Assembly: GCA_026023565.1 (NCBI GenBank)
Contig: JAPETS010000056.1
Location: 1 to 64,000, forward strand
Origin: Cirrosporium novae-zelandiae
Lineage: Eukaryota
Length of the DNA stretch: 64,000 nucleotides
Reading direction: 5' to 3'
The position numbers and the translations under genes were made by a program. Of the stretch, positions 14,727 to 26,919 are shown piece after piece (position 1 is the stretch's first letter; each line of letters begins with the position of its first letter). Below the pieces are notes generated by a model. It did no database searches and was not told where the DNA came from. It saw only the letters and a program-made list of their open reading frames with translations.

Positions 14727-16571
14727 ATCGATCGGACATTGAACCTGGATGGTTCATGTAATATCAACAACATGACACGGGGTAGTGGTTATTCAATAGT
14801 GACGGCTGAAAAAAAAGGGATTGGCGTCATGGAAATGGTTATCATGTGAGACGAACCTCTTTCTTACGGTATGAGCACTCGTCTCCTTTATATATGATTC
14901 CCAATGTATTTTAGAAATATCTACTTAGAGCCGAGGCGCTAGTGGTAGCAGAGGTTTATCGCATACGGTTTTATGACCATTAGCACATACATGGTGCTTC
15001 AGGGTAGATATGCATGGGCTGTGATCAATAAACAGAGATGTAGCTATTTGCATGTAGGGGGTTTATGAAATGTGCACAGTAAAAGGCATCTGACGCCAAG
15101 TGGTTCTGCTATGTCGAAATGGGGCAGTGCTTGTTACAGCAAAAGACATGCGGTTAGAGAAGAATAATTTGGATTGTGCAGTGGGCAGTGAACGGCGACA
15201 CCGGCAGTGATGCTCAGCTGAAGGAAGCTTATATCCACAGGCAGTGTCTGGATTTCGAGTACATGGAATTTCCTCGACCAATGGAATAGTGGCGCAAGAT
15301 ACCTTGAAGAAATTGTTGAAGAGATTTCTGTAGGTGTCGCGAGTCAAGAGGTTATTCGCAATAAAGCTCGAGCCACCAGAGATTTGTAGGTGAATGAAGC
15401 AAGTATAGCCCCATGGGAAGTTGGGGTTTTCAGACAGTTGACAGTCAAGACTCAAGAGTCAAGCCCCCCCTGAGATGTGAAACGCTCCCTTGGCGGGCCG
15501 ACAAGGTTCCCTCGTCTTTTTGGCCGACGCCGATCAAAGAACGCTTTGGCCATGACTTGAATGAGGAATGGTGCTTTCTCAGAAGATTTCGTTATTGTGA
15601 TTACTAGGATTCAAGTTTTACTGTTCGACTAGTTACCACTAGTAGCGAGTAATGTTGCTTGTGCAAGGTTGCTCAGAGATGTAATACTACGGCACATGGA
15701 GATTGGAATGGTCCCAAGTGCAAGAGTTGACAGGACGGATAATCACATCCAGCATGCGCGTGTTTATGGGCTTGGGGAATTCCCAAGTAACCTTTTTCGA
15801 AGCAAAAAGAGAAAGAAAAGAAGCAAAAGGGAAAAGAAAAACAAGGAAAAGGGAAAAAAGCCTTCTTTTCCCCAGATATTCCAACTTTAAGATGCATCCC
15901 GAGACAAGATAGATGAATCTTATATTAATCATGATTTATTTGGAAATTGGGGAAGGTCAGTTTTTGCTATCGACTGTTGAAGGTTTTATTTGAATGAAGA
16001 AGAAAATCAAATGGGTAGCTAAGCCATCCATTGATACTCAATTATTGGCCTGGAAGGGGTAGCAAGGCCGGCGCAAGGACGGAGCGGAGAAGCCTCGGAT
16101 GGCTCGTGCATTAAAGACTAGAGGGTGCCTTGCAGTAACTTCTCGGCACCGTCGGTTATGGTGTCTTTGGTGTCTATTGGTGGTCCCTTTGGTCTTTTGC
16201 TGAGCGTCAAGTGTGGAGTGCCAAAGGGAATGGGGGCTTCAAGATGTGTATGAGATGCACCAATCAAGGATGGACTATCGATTCTATGTTGCCAAAGATA
16301 AACAACTATCAGTCTTGACTGCCCAAGATGGAAAACCCTCCATTTACATAGTAGTATTATATTCTTGACCCTTGCTGGAAGAGGAGATACCGGCGACCTG
16401 AGTCTTTCTTGTTTGTGTGCGTTTGTGTGTGCATTTGTGCATTTGTGTGCATCATGCAGTTTCAAGGAGTCAAGAACAGTAATTTGTCATTACAGAAGTG
16501 TGCCACTTTTTGTGGGCTTTGTTGGATCGAACTAAGCCCCTGGAAGCGAATTAAGCAAATAATTAATTAAA

Positions 16572-16695
16572 GCCAGTGAGGAGTGGGCGAGGAGTCAGTT
16601 GAGGACCAGTTGAGAACCAGTTGAGGACCAGTGAAGAGCCAGTGGAGAGCCAGGTAGAGTCAGGTAAAGCCAGGTAGAGCCAGTAAGAAGTCAGT
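16572..16695. repeat. Degenerate 10-11 bp tandem repeat (CCAGTTGAGGA / CCAGGTAGAG)
   Basis: About 10 diverged units visible in intergenic DNA. Confidence 0.65.
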
Positions 16696-17319
16696 ATCTA
16701 GGTAGTTCAGGAAGAACCTTCGAACTGCACGTGGAGGAAGTCAAGCACCAAAGTAGCCACTGGTGACTCTTTCAAAGCTTCTTGTGATACGACGATAGTC
16801 CATCGAATGAGGGAGGATGGATACCTAGAGGGATACCTAGAGAGATACCTAAGAGGGATTACCTAGAAAGCATCAAATAATATCTACTGAGTATGTAGAT
16901 ACATAACATATTAGATGAGATAAAAAATAATTATTATTTTGTAGTTACATTTGACTTGTGGTCTTTCTAATCAATTCCAACATCCGTGCCTCCGAATCTC
17001 TCTTCTTTCTCCCTCTCTCCCTCTCTCCCTCTCTTTAGAGTCCTGTGTGTGTGTGCCGTACCCTTAATCGACCTTACCTTACCTTACCTTACTCAATTAC
17101 CTTGTTATTTACCTTGCCGTGTGCTCGTCTACCTTAATTATTCCCATCCCTCAAATTCATCTACCCTTTCTACTAAAACTAACTGCAGCCGCAATATTAC
17201 AATTGCTTCTCATCTTAGCATATCTATCTATTAATCTTTTTTTTACCCCCCCTCTCCAAAAAAAAATAATTCTTATTGTAGATACTTAATTCTATCCCTT
17301 CCACCTTCCTGTTTTTCTT

Positions 17320-17370
17320 CCCCCCCCCCCCCCCCACCACCACCACCACCACCACCACCACCACCACCAC
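17320..17370. repeat. Poly-C tract followed by a (CAC)n microsatellite
   Basis: Directly visible upstream of the RhoGAP gene. Confidence 0.85.
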
Positions 17371-17894
17371 TACTACCCGCCTTCATCCTTACTCAAACTT
17401 CCAAATAATAGTTGATGAAACGATTTCACGTATTAATTTATGCACTTTGTTACTTATGTGAGCTTTGAGCTTTGAGCTTTGAACTTGTAAGTTATTCCTC
17501 CTAATCATCTTCTAATCCACACCCCCCCGTTATTCCTTTCTAACTGGTGGCTTACTTCGCCCATTAACAAAAGTGTTCCAAATTATAAATTATACCCCCC
17601 AAGTCCCGCTAAGCTGACGTTGGGTGTGAAGAAGGGGAGAGAGACTTTCCATTTCTCAGACCAATGATGCGACAGTAACTCGCTCTTGCCTCTTCAAATC
17701 CGATCCCCCCGGTCGATACTTCCTACCTCAGCGCTTATTGCTCGACTCAAGCCGTCAGACCATTTGATTGTCACGCTGCCCGTTGCAGGTCTGCAGGCAT
17801 CTAGCCTTAATTTCTACTTGCTACAACCTTCTTGCAATCTGTTCCGCCTGAGAGTTAAGGTGGAACTGGATGTGGGCGGGCCCTTAACCCCAAT

Positions 17895-20800
17895 ATGTCG
17901 CAGCTACCACGACACAATTCCAGTCCCAGTGATGTCCATTATGTGCCTTATCGACCGCAGCCGTCATCACTACCTTCAAATGGCATCTTTCCTCGCGACT
18001 ATCTAGGTCCTCGATCTGACCCCCCGCCGCGCCCTGGAGGTGACTTCCGTCCTGCTCCTCGAAAACCTATACCAAGCCCACTGCAGTCCACACAGTTCCC
18101 TTTACCAAGCCCCCAGTTACCTGACGAGAAAACTCCCAAGAACACTACTTTCGGCGACACCGGTCATACGTATTCACAGTCAGATGTTGGTGCGAGGTCA
18201 AGAGCAGAATCCGTTCACTCTCCAAAGTCTCCTAGGAGGCCTTTTGGTAGCTTGTCAGCCGCAGAGGGACATAATCTGACCCCAGCTGAAAAACAAGTGG
18301 CTGAAGCATCATCACCTGGCGAACAGAGTCATAGGAAGGAATCTAAATCTGGACGTGAGACGCCTTCGAGTGGTACCTTATTTCAATCACGCAAATCTTC
18401 CGACTCGTTTCCAACTCCTCGCGCTGGGGAGAGCTCATATCCCGACATACCCTTAGCCAAAGGCATAATCGACGAGCTTTCGCAACAGAAAATCATGCCT
18501 CGAACTTCGTCCATCGATTCTGCCATATCCTCCATCTCATCTACACACTCTCACAAGTCCTCTATGGACTCGATCGCTTCAAGTCCAGCCGACATTGCTA
18601 GTTTAATATCCGCGGCAGGGTCGGCAGAGAATCTTATACAACACTTGCTGAAGGAGAAGCAGCATGCAGCCCACCAAAATACACAGCTGTGGAGGCTGGT
18701 AGAGAAACAAAGAACCCTGATATTAGGTCTCAACAAAGATTTGGAGAGGACAGTAGCTCAAAAGGAAAGGTACCGCAAGAAGTTAAAGGAAGTTACAGGT
18801 GGTCAGGGTTCAGCGCCTCCCGTCCCGACTCCTCCTATGGCTTTGCGACCAGAGGCTGTACCGGAACATCCAGCACACCACGCAAGTGATTCGCAGGATG
18901 AATCAGCTATCGATTTACCAATTCAAAGGCATAGTGTTCAAGTTGGCTCCCAGATGAAAGAGGCTCTCGCCTCTGCGCTTGGAAATCATCCCGCTGCAAA
19001 AGATCGATCTTTCACCGACCCTACCATGTCGTCCTCAATGGAAAGAGGAGAGGGTATTAGCGGCAAAGGCAAAAAACATTCAGACACCATTGATTCTCTA
19101 CAGTCATTGGGATCATCGCAATCAGAAGAAAGCCGTCGCCCATCTGAGGCATTGTCCGAAAATTTAACGAACATCATTACAGATCGAGAGGCGATGACCA
19201 GTAGTCCTCCTAATATTAGCCCGCCCTACCATATAACAACCTCGCCACAGAATAGCTTTACCGCCAAGCGCTCACTCCCAAAACCTTCGGATGGGCCTAC
19301 AGCTACCATTGACGAAATGTCAGCGACCGAGAAGAATGGGAAAGTAGTTCTGCCATTCAGAAAAGCTCCACCTGCGCCGCTTGATCTTAGCCAACCTAAT
19401 ATCGTGAGCAAACATTTGAAGCAAGCTAGCAATGATGACGATGGACAGTCTGAATCCGAGTACGACGAGATATCAGAAGTAGAAGAAATTCCCCATTTTG
19501 AACGTGGGAGAAGAAAAACAAGAGAAGAAGATGATAGGTTACGGGAAGAAATAGCCTTGAGGGAACAAGAATTGCGGAGTCGCTCGAAGAAGGAAAAAAG
19601 AAGCAAGTCCAAGACCGAAAAACTTTCACCAACCACCGACCCGGCAGCCATATCCCCGGCCAGTCCAAAACAGATGGTCCCCCAATCACCTCCGTCGTCC
19701 GCCGCCGGTATGCTTCAAGCCCCAGGGTCCTTGGCATCAGTACTAGATTCCAACAACAATACCACGACCTTGAAGCATTCTGTGTCAGCTCCCTTGAAGA
19801 GTCCTGGATTACCTCTCAGCCCACGACCAGTAGATCGCCCAATGAATTCTCCACTTCCTCGAATGCCTCGGCCAGGCGCAGGAGTTACAATATCCTCCCC
19901 ACCTCAGTCTCCCGGGATACCAACCTCACCTAAAGCACTCCGAATCCTCGGCCAAGAACCACTGATGCCGTACACTCCATCTTCCATGATGTCTCCCAAT
20001 CCTCCAAAAGACGAGTCAACTCAGCCATCATCTCCAGAGGAGCAAGAACATTTGGTTCCGGCCCCCCACGAAATGAATCCGAATGCTGAAGGCAAGACAA
20101 CAGGACGAATCTCACCTGGAGGTGAGATTTTCCGAGGCTTAATCTCAGAAAAATATCCAGGGCTTCTTTTGCCACCGACTTCTCTCTCATCTGTCCATAT
20201 CAAAGTTTCATCTTCTCGTATGAGACCTTCTCGCATGAGTTTGTTAATGGATAAGCCGCAAGACGAGGAACCGGTGTTCTGGCTAGGAATTCGGAGAAAA
20301 CTAGATAACGTAGAGTTGTGGAGAGTCGAGAAGGGCGCATTGTCATTGTCGCAGCTTCACCAAACGCTAAAACAATCGGCAAAATTTACAGCACAGCTTC
20401 CCGATAGAAGCCTGTTTAGTGGTCATGCTCCAGCAAAGATAGATGCACGACGGAAAGCTTTGAATAGATACTTTACCGATGTCTTGCAGACTCCTATGGA
20501 AGAAAGGACTGCAATCATGGTTTGCAAGTACCTCAGCGCTGGTGCAATCCGACCAAGCGAGGATGACACGAATCCGGACGGGGTATCACTTAATACGAGC
20601 TCGAGTACTGGCACGGATGCAAAACCGCGTAAGGAAGGTTACTTGACGAAACAGGGCAAAAAATTCGGTGGATGGAAAGCGAGGTATTTCATTTTGGATG
20701 GCCCTGAATTGAAATACTACGAATCACAAAATGGACCTCACCTTGGTAATATCAAACTTCAGCATGCGCAAGTCGGTCGCAAAACTCAAACGACGAATGC

Positions 20801-22566
20801 TTCACCTTCCCGGTGTGAGGATGATATTGAAAGCGATTTCCGTCATGCCTTTGTAATCCTTGAACCTAAGCGCAAAGACTCCACCGCCATTGTCCGCCAT
20901 CTTCTTTGTGCCGAGAGTGATGCAGAGCGTGATCAATGGGTTGAGGCGTTATTGAAATACGTTGAACATGACAACAGCAGCCTCGATGCGTCTCGGTCCG
21001 ATGAAACTATCAAGAAATCCAATTCGACGGAGAAGAAGCGGAACCACTCACCATTGAATCATGATAATAGCAACATTGGAAAAGACGGACTGGTTACTGT
21101 TAGTTATGATGATACGGTCCCCGCAGAAGCTCCGGTACTGGGCCTACGTCAAGATGAAACTCCCATGGCCGGACAAGAGGCTGCGATGGCGGCATTAACC
21201 TATGGCTCTGCGCCGAAGAGTATTTCTGGTCCTACAAATGGATCCGTAATACAGGACTTATCGGCCTGGGGCAACAGAGTTCCCCAAAAAGAGAAAGAAC
21301 AAAGGAAAAGGAGTATTTGGGGTTTCAAGAGCAGGTCTTCCGGGGACTTGATGACAAACCAACAACATAATGGATCGACTTCGAGCTTAACACAAATTCC
21401 CGAGAAAAGGGCTACCGTTCGACCAGTGTTTGGCATGCCTCTAGCAGAAGCCGTCGAGTTTTGTGGACCTATAGGAGTTGATAGCAATCTACCTGCTGTC
21501 GTTTATCGTTGTATCGAATATCTGGAAGCCAAACATGCAGCAAGTGAAGAGGGTATTTTCCGTCTAAGCGGATCTAATATCCTCATTAAGAGCTTGAAAG
21601 AGCGGTTCAATGTTGAAGGTGACGTCGATCTTCTTGCTGAGGAGACTTATTATGATGTTCATGCTATTGCTTCGTTGTTGAAGTTGTATTTGCGCGAGCT
21701 ACCGTCTTCTGTCCTAACAAGAGAACTTCACCTTGACTTTTTGGAGGTTCTTGGTAGGTTACGATTCCTTCAACCCAGTTCCCCCCATAACTAATTTTAG
21801 CAGGGCAAGAACAAGAGGAAAACAAGGTTCCTATCTTTAATCGATTGGTTCATCGATTACCACAAGCAAACTTTTCCATTCTAAAGGCACTTTCGACATT
21901 CTTGATTTCGATTGTCAGTAATTCCGATGTGAATAAAATGACAATTCGCAATGGTAAGCCTTTTCTCTTTTATGTTTTGAGCTGTACTGACGTGGCCAGT
22001 CGGTATTGTATTCTCGCCATCCTTGAACATTCCGGCGCCCTTAGTTTCGTTCTTCCTTACTCGGTTCGATGCCATATTCATCCAAGAGCCGACCCAAGAG
22101 GAGAAACTCGCTGTAAATGAACCAGTGCGTACTGATGAAGTTCGTTCTCCTCGTCGCCAAATCTTCTCGGAGATTCCCACCCCTTCTTTCAGCCAAGATA
22201 CGTTTAACAGAGGAGGAAAGCTACAAAGTCCAATGACCCCGGAGCTACGGGCTGCATATGACACGGGTTTTACATCAGTACACCCTTCTTACGACCAGTA
22301 TTCTCTTGCATCAAACTCTTATCATCGCGCCACTGGAAGTGATCCGGAGAGTTCAGGCATACATCGTACAATTCAAGGTCCGGCAAAATCCGAGAAGTCA
22401 AAGAGACGTGAAAGCTCTATGCTTCTCATGGGATTTGGCATGGGAAAGAAAAATTCAATGCCAAAAGTCAAAGAAGATCCAAGTTAGTATAACTGATTTT
22501 GAAGCAATGCATTCGTTATACTAACATGATGCAGCTATGGTCGAAGAGGACAGTGCTTTCGAGTGA
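17895..22566 (+). CDS. Rho GTPase-activating protein with PX-like and PH domains (Bem3/Rga2-like)
   Basis: Exons 17895-21753, 21804-21953, 22000-22482, 22535-22566. PH domain KEGYLTKQGKKFGGWKARYFIL; RhoGAP VFGMPL..EEGIFRLSG..SLLKLYLRELP..NKMTIRNVGIVFSP; FSGHAPAKIDARR. Confidence 0.93.
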
Positions 22567-23654
22567 TTGTCTCTAGCCAACACCCATCTGGGCGCTACTC
22601 TGGGATGCCACCTCCATTCAGGGGTATAACCGCCGCCCGATTTTATTCCACTTCATATCCGCCTGTGTATAATTCTAATGACCCTTCTCCAATCGTTACT
22701 ATCAATTCGCGGAAGCACAATTCGAGCGTTTTTTAAGCTCTTCTCCCTTAAGGCGTATTTCTCTTATTTCATTTTTTGATGATTCCCCGGGGCAGGCCCT
22801 TCGTTTCGTGACTTTAAGTTTTGATATCCCCAAGTTTTCCCGGTTTCCCTTGTTTTAGCGGATTTGGCTTGTTTCCTTCACAAATACCTGGCACTCTGGT
22901 GGATCTGGTGGTGATCAGGTAGTCCGGGTAAAGGTGAATTCTTCAGATGGTCGATTGTGTTATTTAGCGACCTCATTTGTTGAAAACGGACAAAGGGAAA
23001 CGGATGGAATTTTATGTTGCTATTAAGATGATAGCAACGGTGTTTCCCATCTCTGATGGGGAAAGGAAAAGGAATAGGAAATTTCCTTAGAACTGTAATT
23101 AGTCGTTAGCTGAAAAAAACAGAAGTATACATGTTACAGCAAGATGTTGCTAATTAAACTGATGCTTGGGCCATGTGCCATTGTTGGATATTAAGAAGTA
23201 AAGTATATATGGGTGTAGCTGCAGATGATAACCGGGGAGATGCGGATGAGTGAGAGGAAGACATTTTCTCAGTTGATGGGCAAGATGAGTTTTGCCTTGG
23301 TTGATATTAAGGTCGGCTCGGTGATGAACATGGTATTGGGTTGACTATCTCGGTCCTTTGAATTATTTTCGCTTTGATTTTGTATTTTGTACAGCAAGAG
23401 TGCCCATGTCCACCCGAGACGGACAAAGCGATGTATCCAGGATGCCCCCCTGGGGCTCCCATCTCATTCCATCTCATTTCATGCCATATCCCTCCCATCC
23501 CAACCGAAACACCCAAAAAAATGCGACCATCCATCCCATCCCATTCCATTCATCTTTTGCAGAAAAGCCCTCGAGATTCCCCACCGAAATCGCCATCAAC
23601 ATAGCTCAGCTACTCGGGACAAAACAAGAAAACAAACCTAAACCCTGCCAAAAA

Positions 23655-24493
23655 TTACAAATCCCTCCTCAGCCTCCTCGGTTGCGTCCACCCCATCCCC
23701 ACTCCAATTTCCCCAACCCATTCCTTCGCTCCCCCCGCCACCGCCTTGATCAACCCCTGCCTCCCACCTTTTCTCATCCCCGCCGTCGAGCCCGGCAGCA
23801 TGCTGCCTGCATCACCACCGATGCCGACACCGTCCGGGCCTCCTCCTCCGGTCATCGTGGGAAGTACGTTGTCGCCGGCACTCAGGGATACGAATAGCGC
23901 GAATGGGACCAGCCAGACGCAGATTCCGAAGTAGGAGGCGATTTCTGTAAAGGTGGGTAGGGAGCTTGACGGGTAGCCGGCTGGGTTGTGCGAAGGGAAG
24001 GAGGGCGGGTGCGAGAAGTGGCGGAACCAGAGGTAGTGGTTTAGGAGTACGAGGACTGTAGTTGAGAGGGGTGGTTAGCTGGTTTCGTGGGATTGATGGG
24101 TGTAGGAGAGTGTGAGGGGATTAGGGTTCTTGGGTGTATTGGATTGAATGAATCAACTGGAATCAGAAAAGAAGAAAAAAAGAACTCACCACAACTACAA
24201 ATAAACAACGGATCCCCCAGCTGCACAAACGGAAACCGTCGCAGGTTCCCCGCATACACCACATGGCTCCCGATGCTGAGCGCGCTCAGCAGGAATGGAA
24301 ACCCGTCGACGACCACCAGCAGCACCTGGATGACGATGACGGCGTAGATCAACCGCAGCAGCGCGCGCTTGGCCAGCACTGTGTGCTCTTCAACCAGTTC
24401 GGAAAGGTAGTAGAGTCCCGAGGCGATGGCGAGGGTTAGGAAGGCGAAGCCCAGGCCTAGGCCTAGGTAGCCTAGGAGGGAGAGGATTATCAT
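23655..24493 (-). CDS. SVP26: ER-Golgi cargo adaptor Svp26/Tex261
   Basis: Exons 24493-24190 and 24055-23655. FLTLAIASGLYYLSELVEEH, NHYLWFRHF, EIASYFGICVWLVPFALFVSLSAGDNVLP. Confidence 0.93.
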
Positions 24494-25179
24494 TCTTTTT
24501 TTCTTTTTCTTTTTTCTTTATGTTGGGGGGGAGGTTTAAAAGGAGTGTGGATGTAGATGTAGATATGGATGTGTTGATGGGTGGTTGTGGTGGTTGTAGT
24601 GGTTGTAGTGGTGGTGGTGGTGTTATAATATAATTCTGGTTATTGTTTAGGACATTATTTGTGTGGATGGTGATGTTGTTTTAATTAAAAGCAAGAGACT
24701 GGACTTCTCTTTAAGCTTTAAATGCGGGATGATGATGATTGACTGAATTGAATTGCTTGATTAAGTTGGCCGTTGAATGAACACGGCCGGAGGTAGCCAT
24801 GTCCGAAGATCTGTCTATGGTGTCAAGTTTGCCATGTTTGTCAGGTTTGCCTTGCCCGGGCCGGGGGAAGGAGGATCCTTTTTCCCCGACCTCCGCACAA
24901 AATTTATCCTTATCGACAGACAGGACATTTACAAATCTAAATCTACCTTTTTTTCCAGCTATCAATTCACCACCACCACTACTAGAGCACTTTCAATATC
25001 AGGGCTAAGGGGAGCAGAAAATATAATATCAAGTAGAGAAGAGACTGTACTCTCAGTCCTAGTTTGGAGAAAATATCATTTGGAATTTGAATTGAGCTGT
25101 TGACTTGACCTCCACATCGATACCTCACCGAATACGTTTCCGCCATCTCGAACCCTCAAACTCGAAACCCACTGCAACC

Positions 25180-26134
25180 ATGTCCCGACCAGAAGACCAA
25201 CTGTGTGTACCCCCCCCCCCCATATCCATCTCCCATATCCATCCATTCATTCCGTCAAAAAATACTAACCCCCACCCCCCACCACAGCCCCCCGGACCTC
25301 TTCTACAATGATACCGAATCACGTAAATACACCACCTCATCACGAATGCAAACGATCCAAACCCAAATGACCCACCGAGCCCTAGAACTGCTCTCCCTCC
25401 CCCACCCCTCTCTAATCCTCGACATCGGATGCGGATCCGGGCTATCAGGCGAAATCCTCACCTCAATCCCCGCCCCCCTAGGCCCGCACACCTGGATCGG
25501 CATGGACATTTCCGCAAGCATGCTCTCCGTAGCGCTCTCGCGCGACGTCGACGGCGACCTGCTCCTCGCCGACATCGGCCAGGGCGTGCCCTTCCGCCCG
25601 GGGACCTTCGACGCCGCAATCTCAATCTCCGCCATCCAGTGGCTCTGCAACGCTGAAACAACCGACGAGCACGATACCCCCTCGCAGCGTCTAGCCCGCT
25701 TCTTCAACACCCTCTATGCCTCCCTCCGACGCGGCGGCCGCGCCGTGTGCCAGTTCTATCCTAAGAATATAGACCAGAGAACCATGATCGCGCAGGCGGC
25801 CATCAAAGCCGGGTTCGGCGCGGGGATTCTAGAGGATGAGCCCGGGACGAAGAACTGTAAGGTTTTTCTAGTGTTGACGGTGGGTGGGGGGGAAGTGTCG
25901 GGCGGGGATATCACGGGCGTGGTCAGGGGTATGGAGGGTGTGGATGTGGTGGATGGGAGGAGGAGGGTTAGGGAGAGGGAGAGGAGGGAGCGCGACAAGA
26001 AGAACGCTGAGGGTAGGGAGGGCAGCAGGCAGTGGATCCTGAGGAGGAAGGAACGGCTTGAGAGGAAGGGTATGGTGGTTAAGAAGAAGTCGAGTAAGTA
26101 TACCGGGAGGAGTAGGGGACCGAAATTTAATTAA
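25180..26134 (+). CDS. BUD23: 18S rRNA m7G methyltransferase Bud23/WBSCR22
   Basis: Exons 25180-25202 and 25288-26134. MSRPEDQLPPDLFYN, SAM motif LDIGCGSGLSG, AISISAIQWLCNA, C-terminal SKYTGR. Confidence 0.96.
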
Positions 26135-26919
26135 TTGAAGAGTGTGGGTTGGTAGGTTAGGATGTGAACTAACTCTTTTTCTCTTTTCTTTTTTTTTTCT
26201 TTTTTTTGATACCCAAAGGTTCGCTACTTTCCATACATGCGTGTCGTGTCGTGTATCTATCGGGCTCAGGGGGAAATCATAAAGGATTCGAAATGGCGTT
26301 TTTTCTTAACAATAAGGGGGGAACCAAAAAAAGGGAGGAGACGGTTATATCACGTATATGTATGTATGTACATGATGATACATGATACATGATGCACGAT
26401 ATGTATCCTATACTATATCCTATAGTCTATAGACGACACAAAAAGTCTCATTTATTTCAAGAGTCCTTTTTTTTATATACTTTGCTTGCCTATCTAACTT
26501 ACCTGCCTATGTATGTATATATGTGAGCTTGCATCTTATCTCCGGTCTGGTACTGTACTGTACATACTCCGCAAAACCTTTCCCTCAAATTGACGACGAT
26601 GATTTTAGTGGTTGGATCATACCATCACTTTATTGGTTTCGCTATCTACTCGATATTGTGAATATCCACGGCGAAACCACTCATTTACATATAGTATATC
26701 GGATAACGAATAGCCCCCCCTCCAAAAAAGTGTTAGCTATAGAGATAGGCAGCCTCTCTTTTTTTCCATGTTTTCAGACTGCATTGCACTGTAGACGTCG
26801 TATGCAGCAAATATGCCAGCAGGCCCCCAGCCCATATCGAGTTTTTATTTAGTTTCTTTTATTTATTTTTGGCTTTAGTCCAGAAGGAATATATATCAAG
26901 CTGAGTGATCTATGAGGCT

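Noticed and set aside
23358..23897. 179-aa plus-strand ORF overlapping SVP26
   Set aside because: Antisense shadow of SVP26 plus low-complexity 3' flank.
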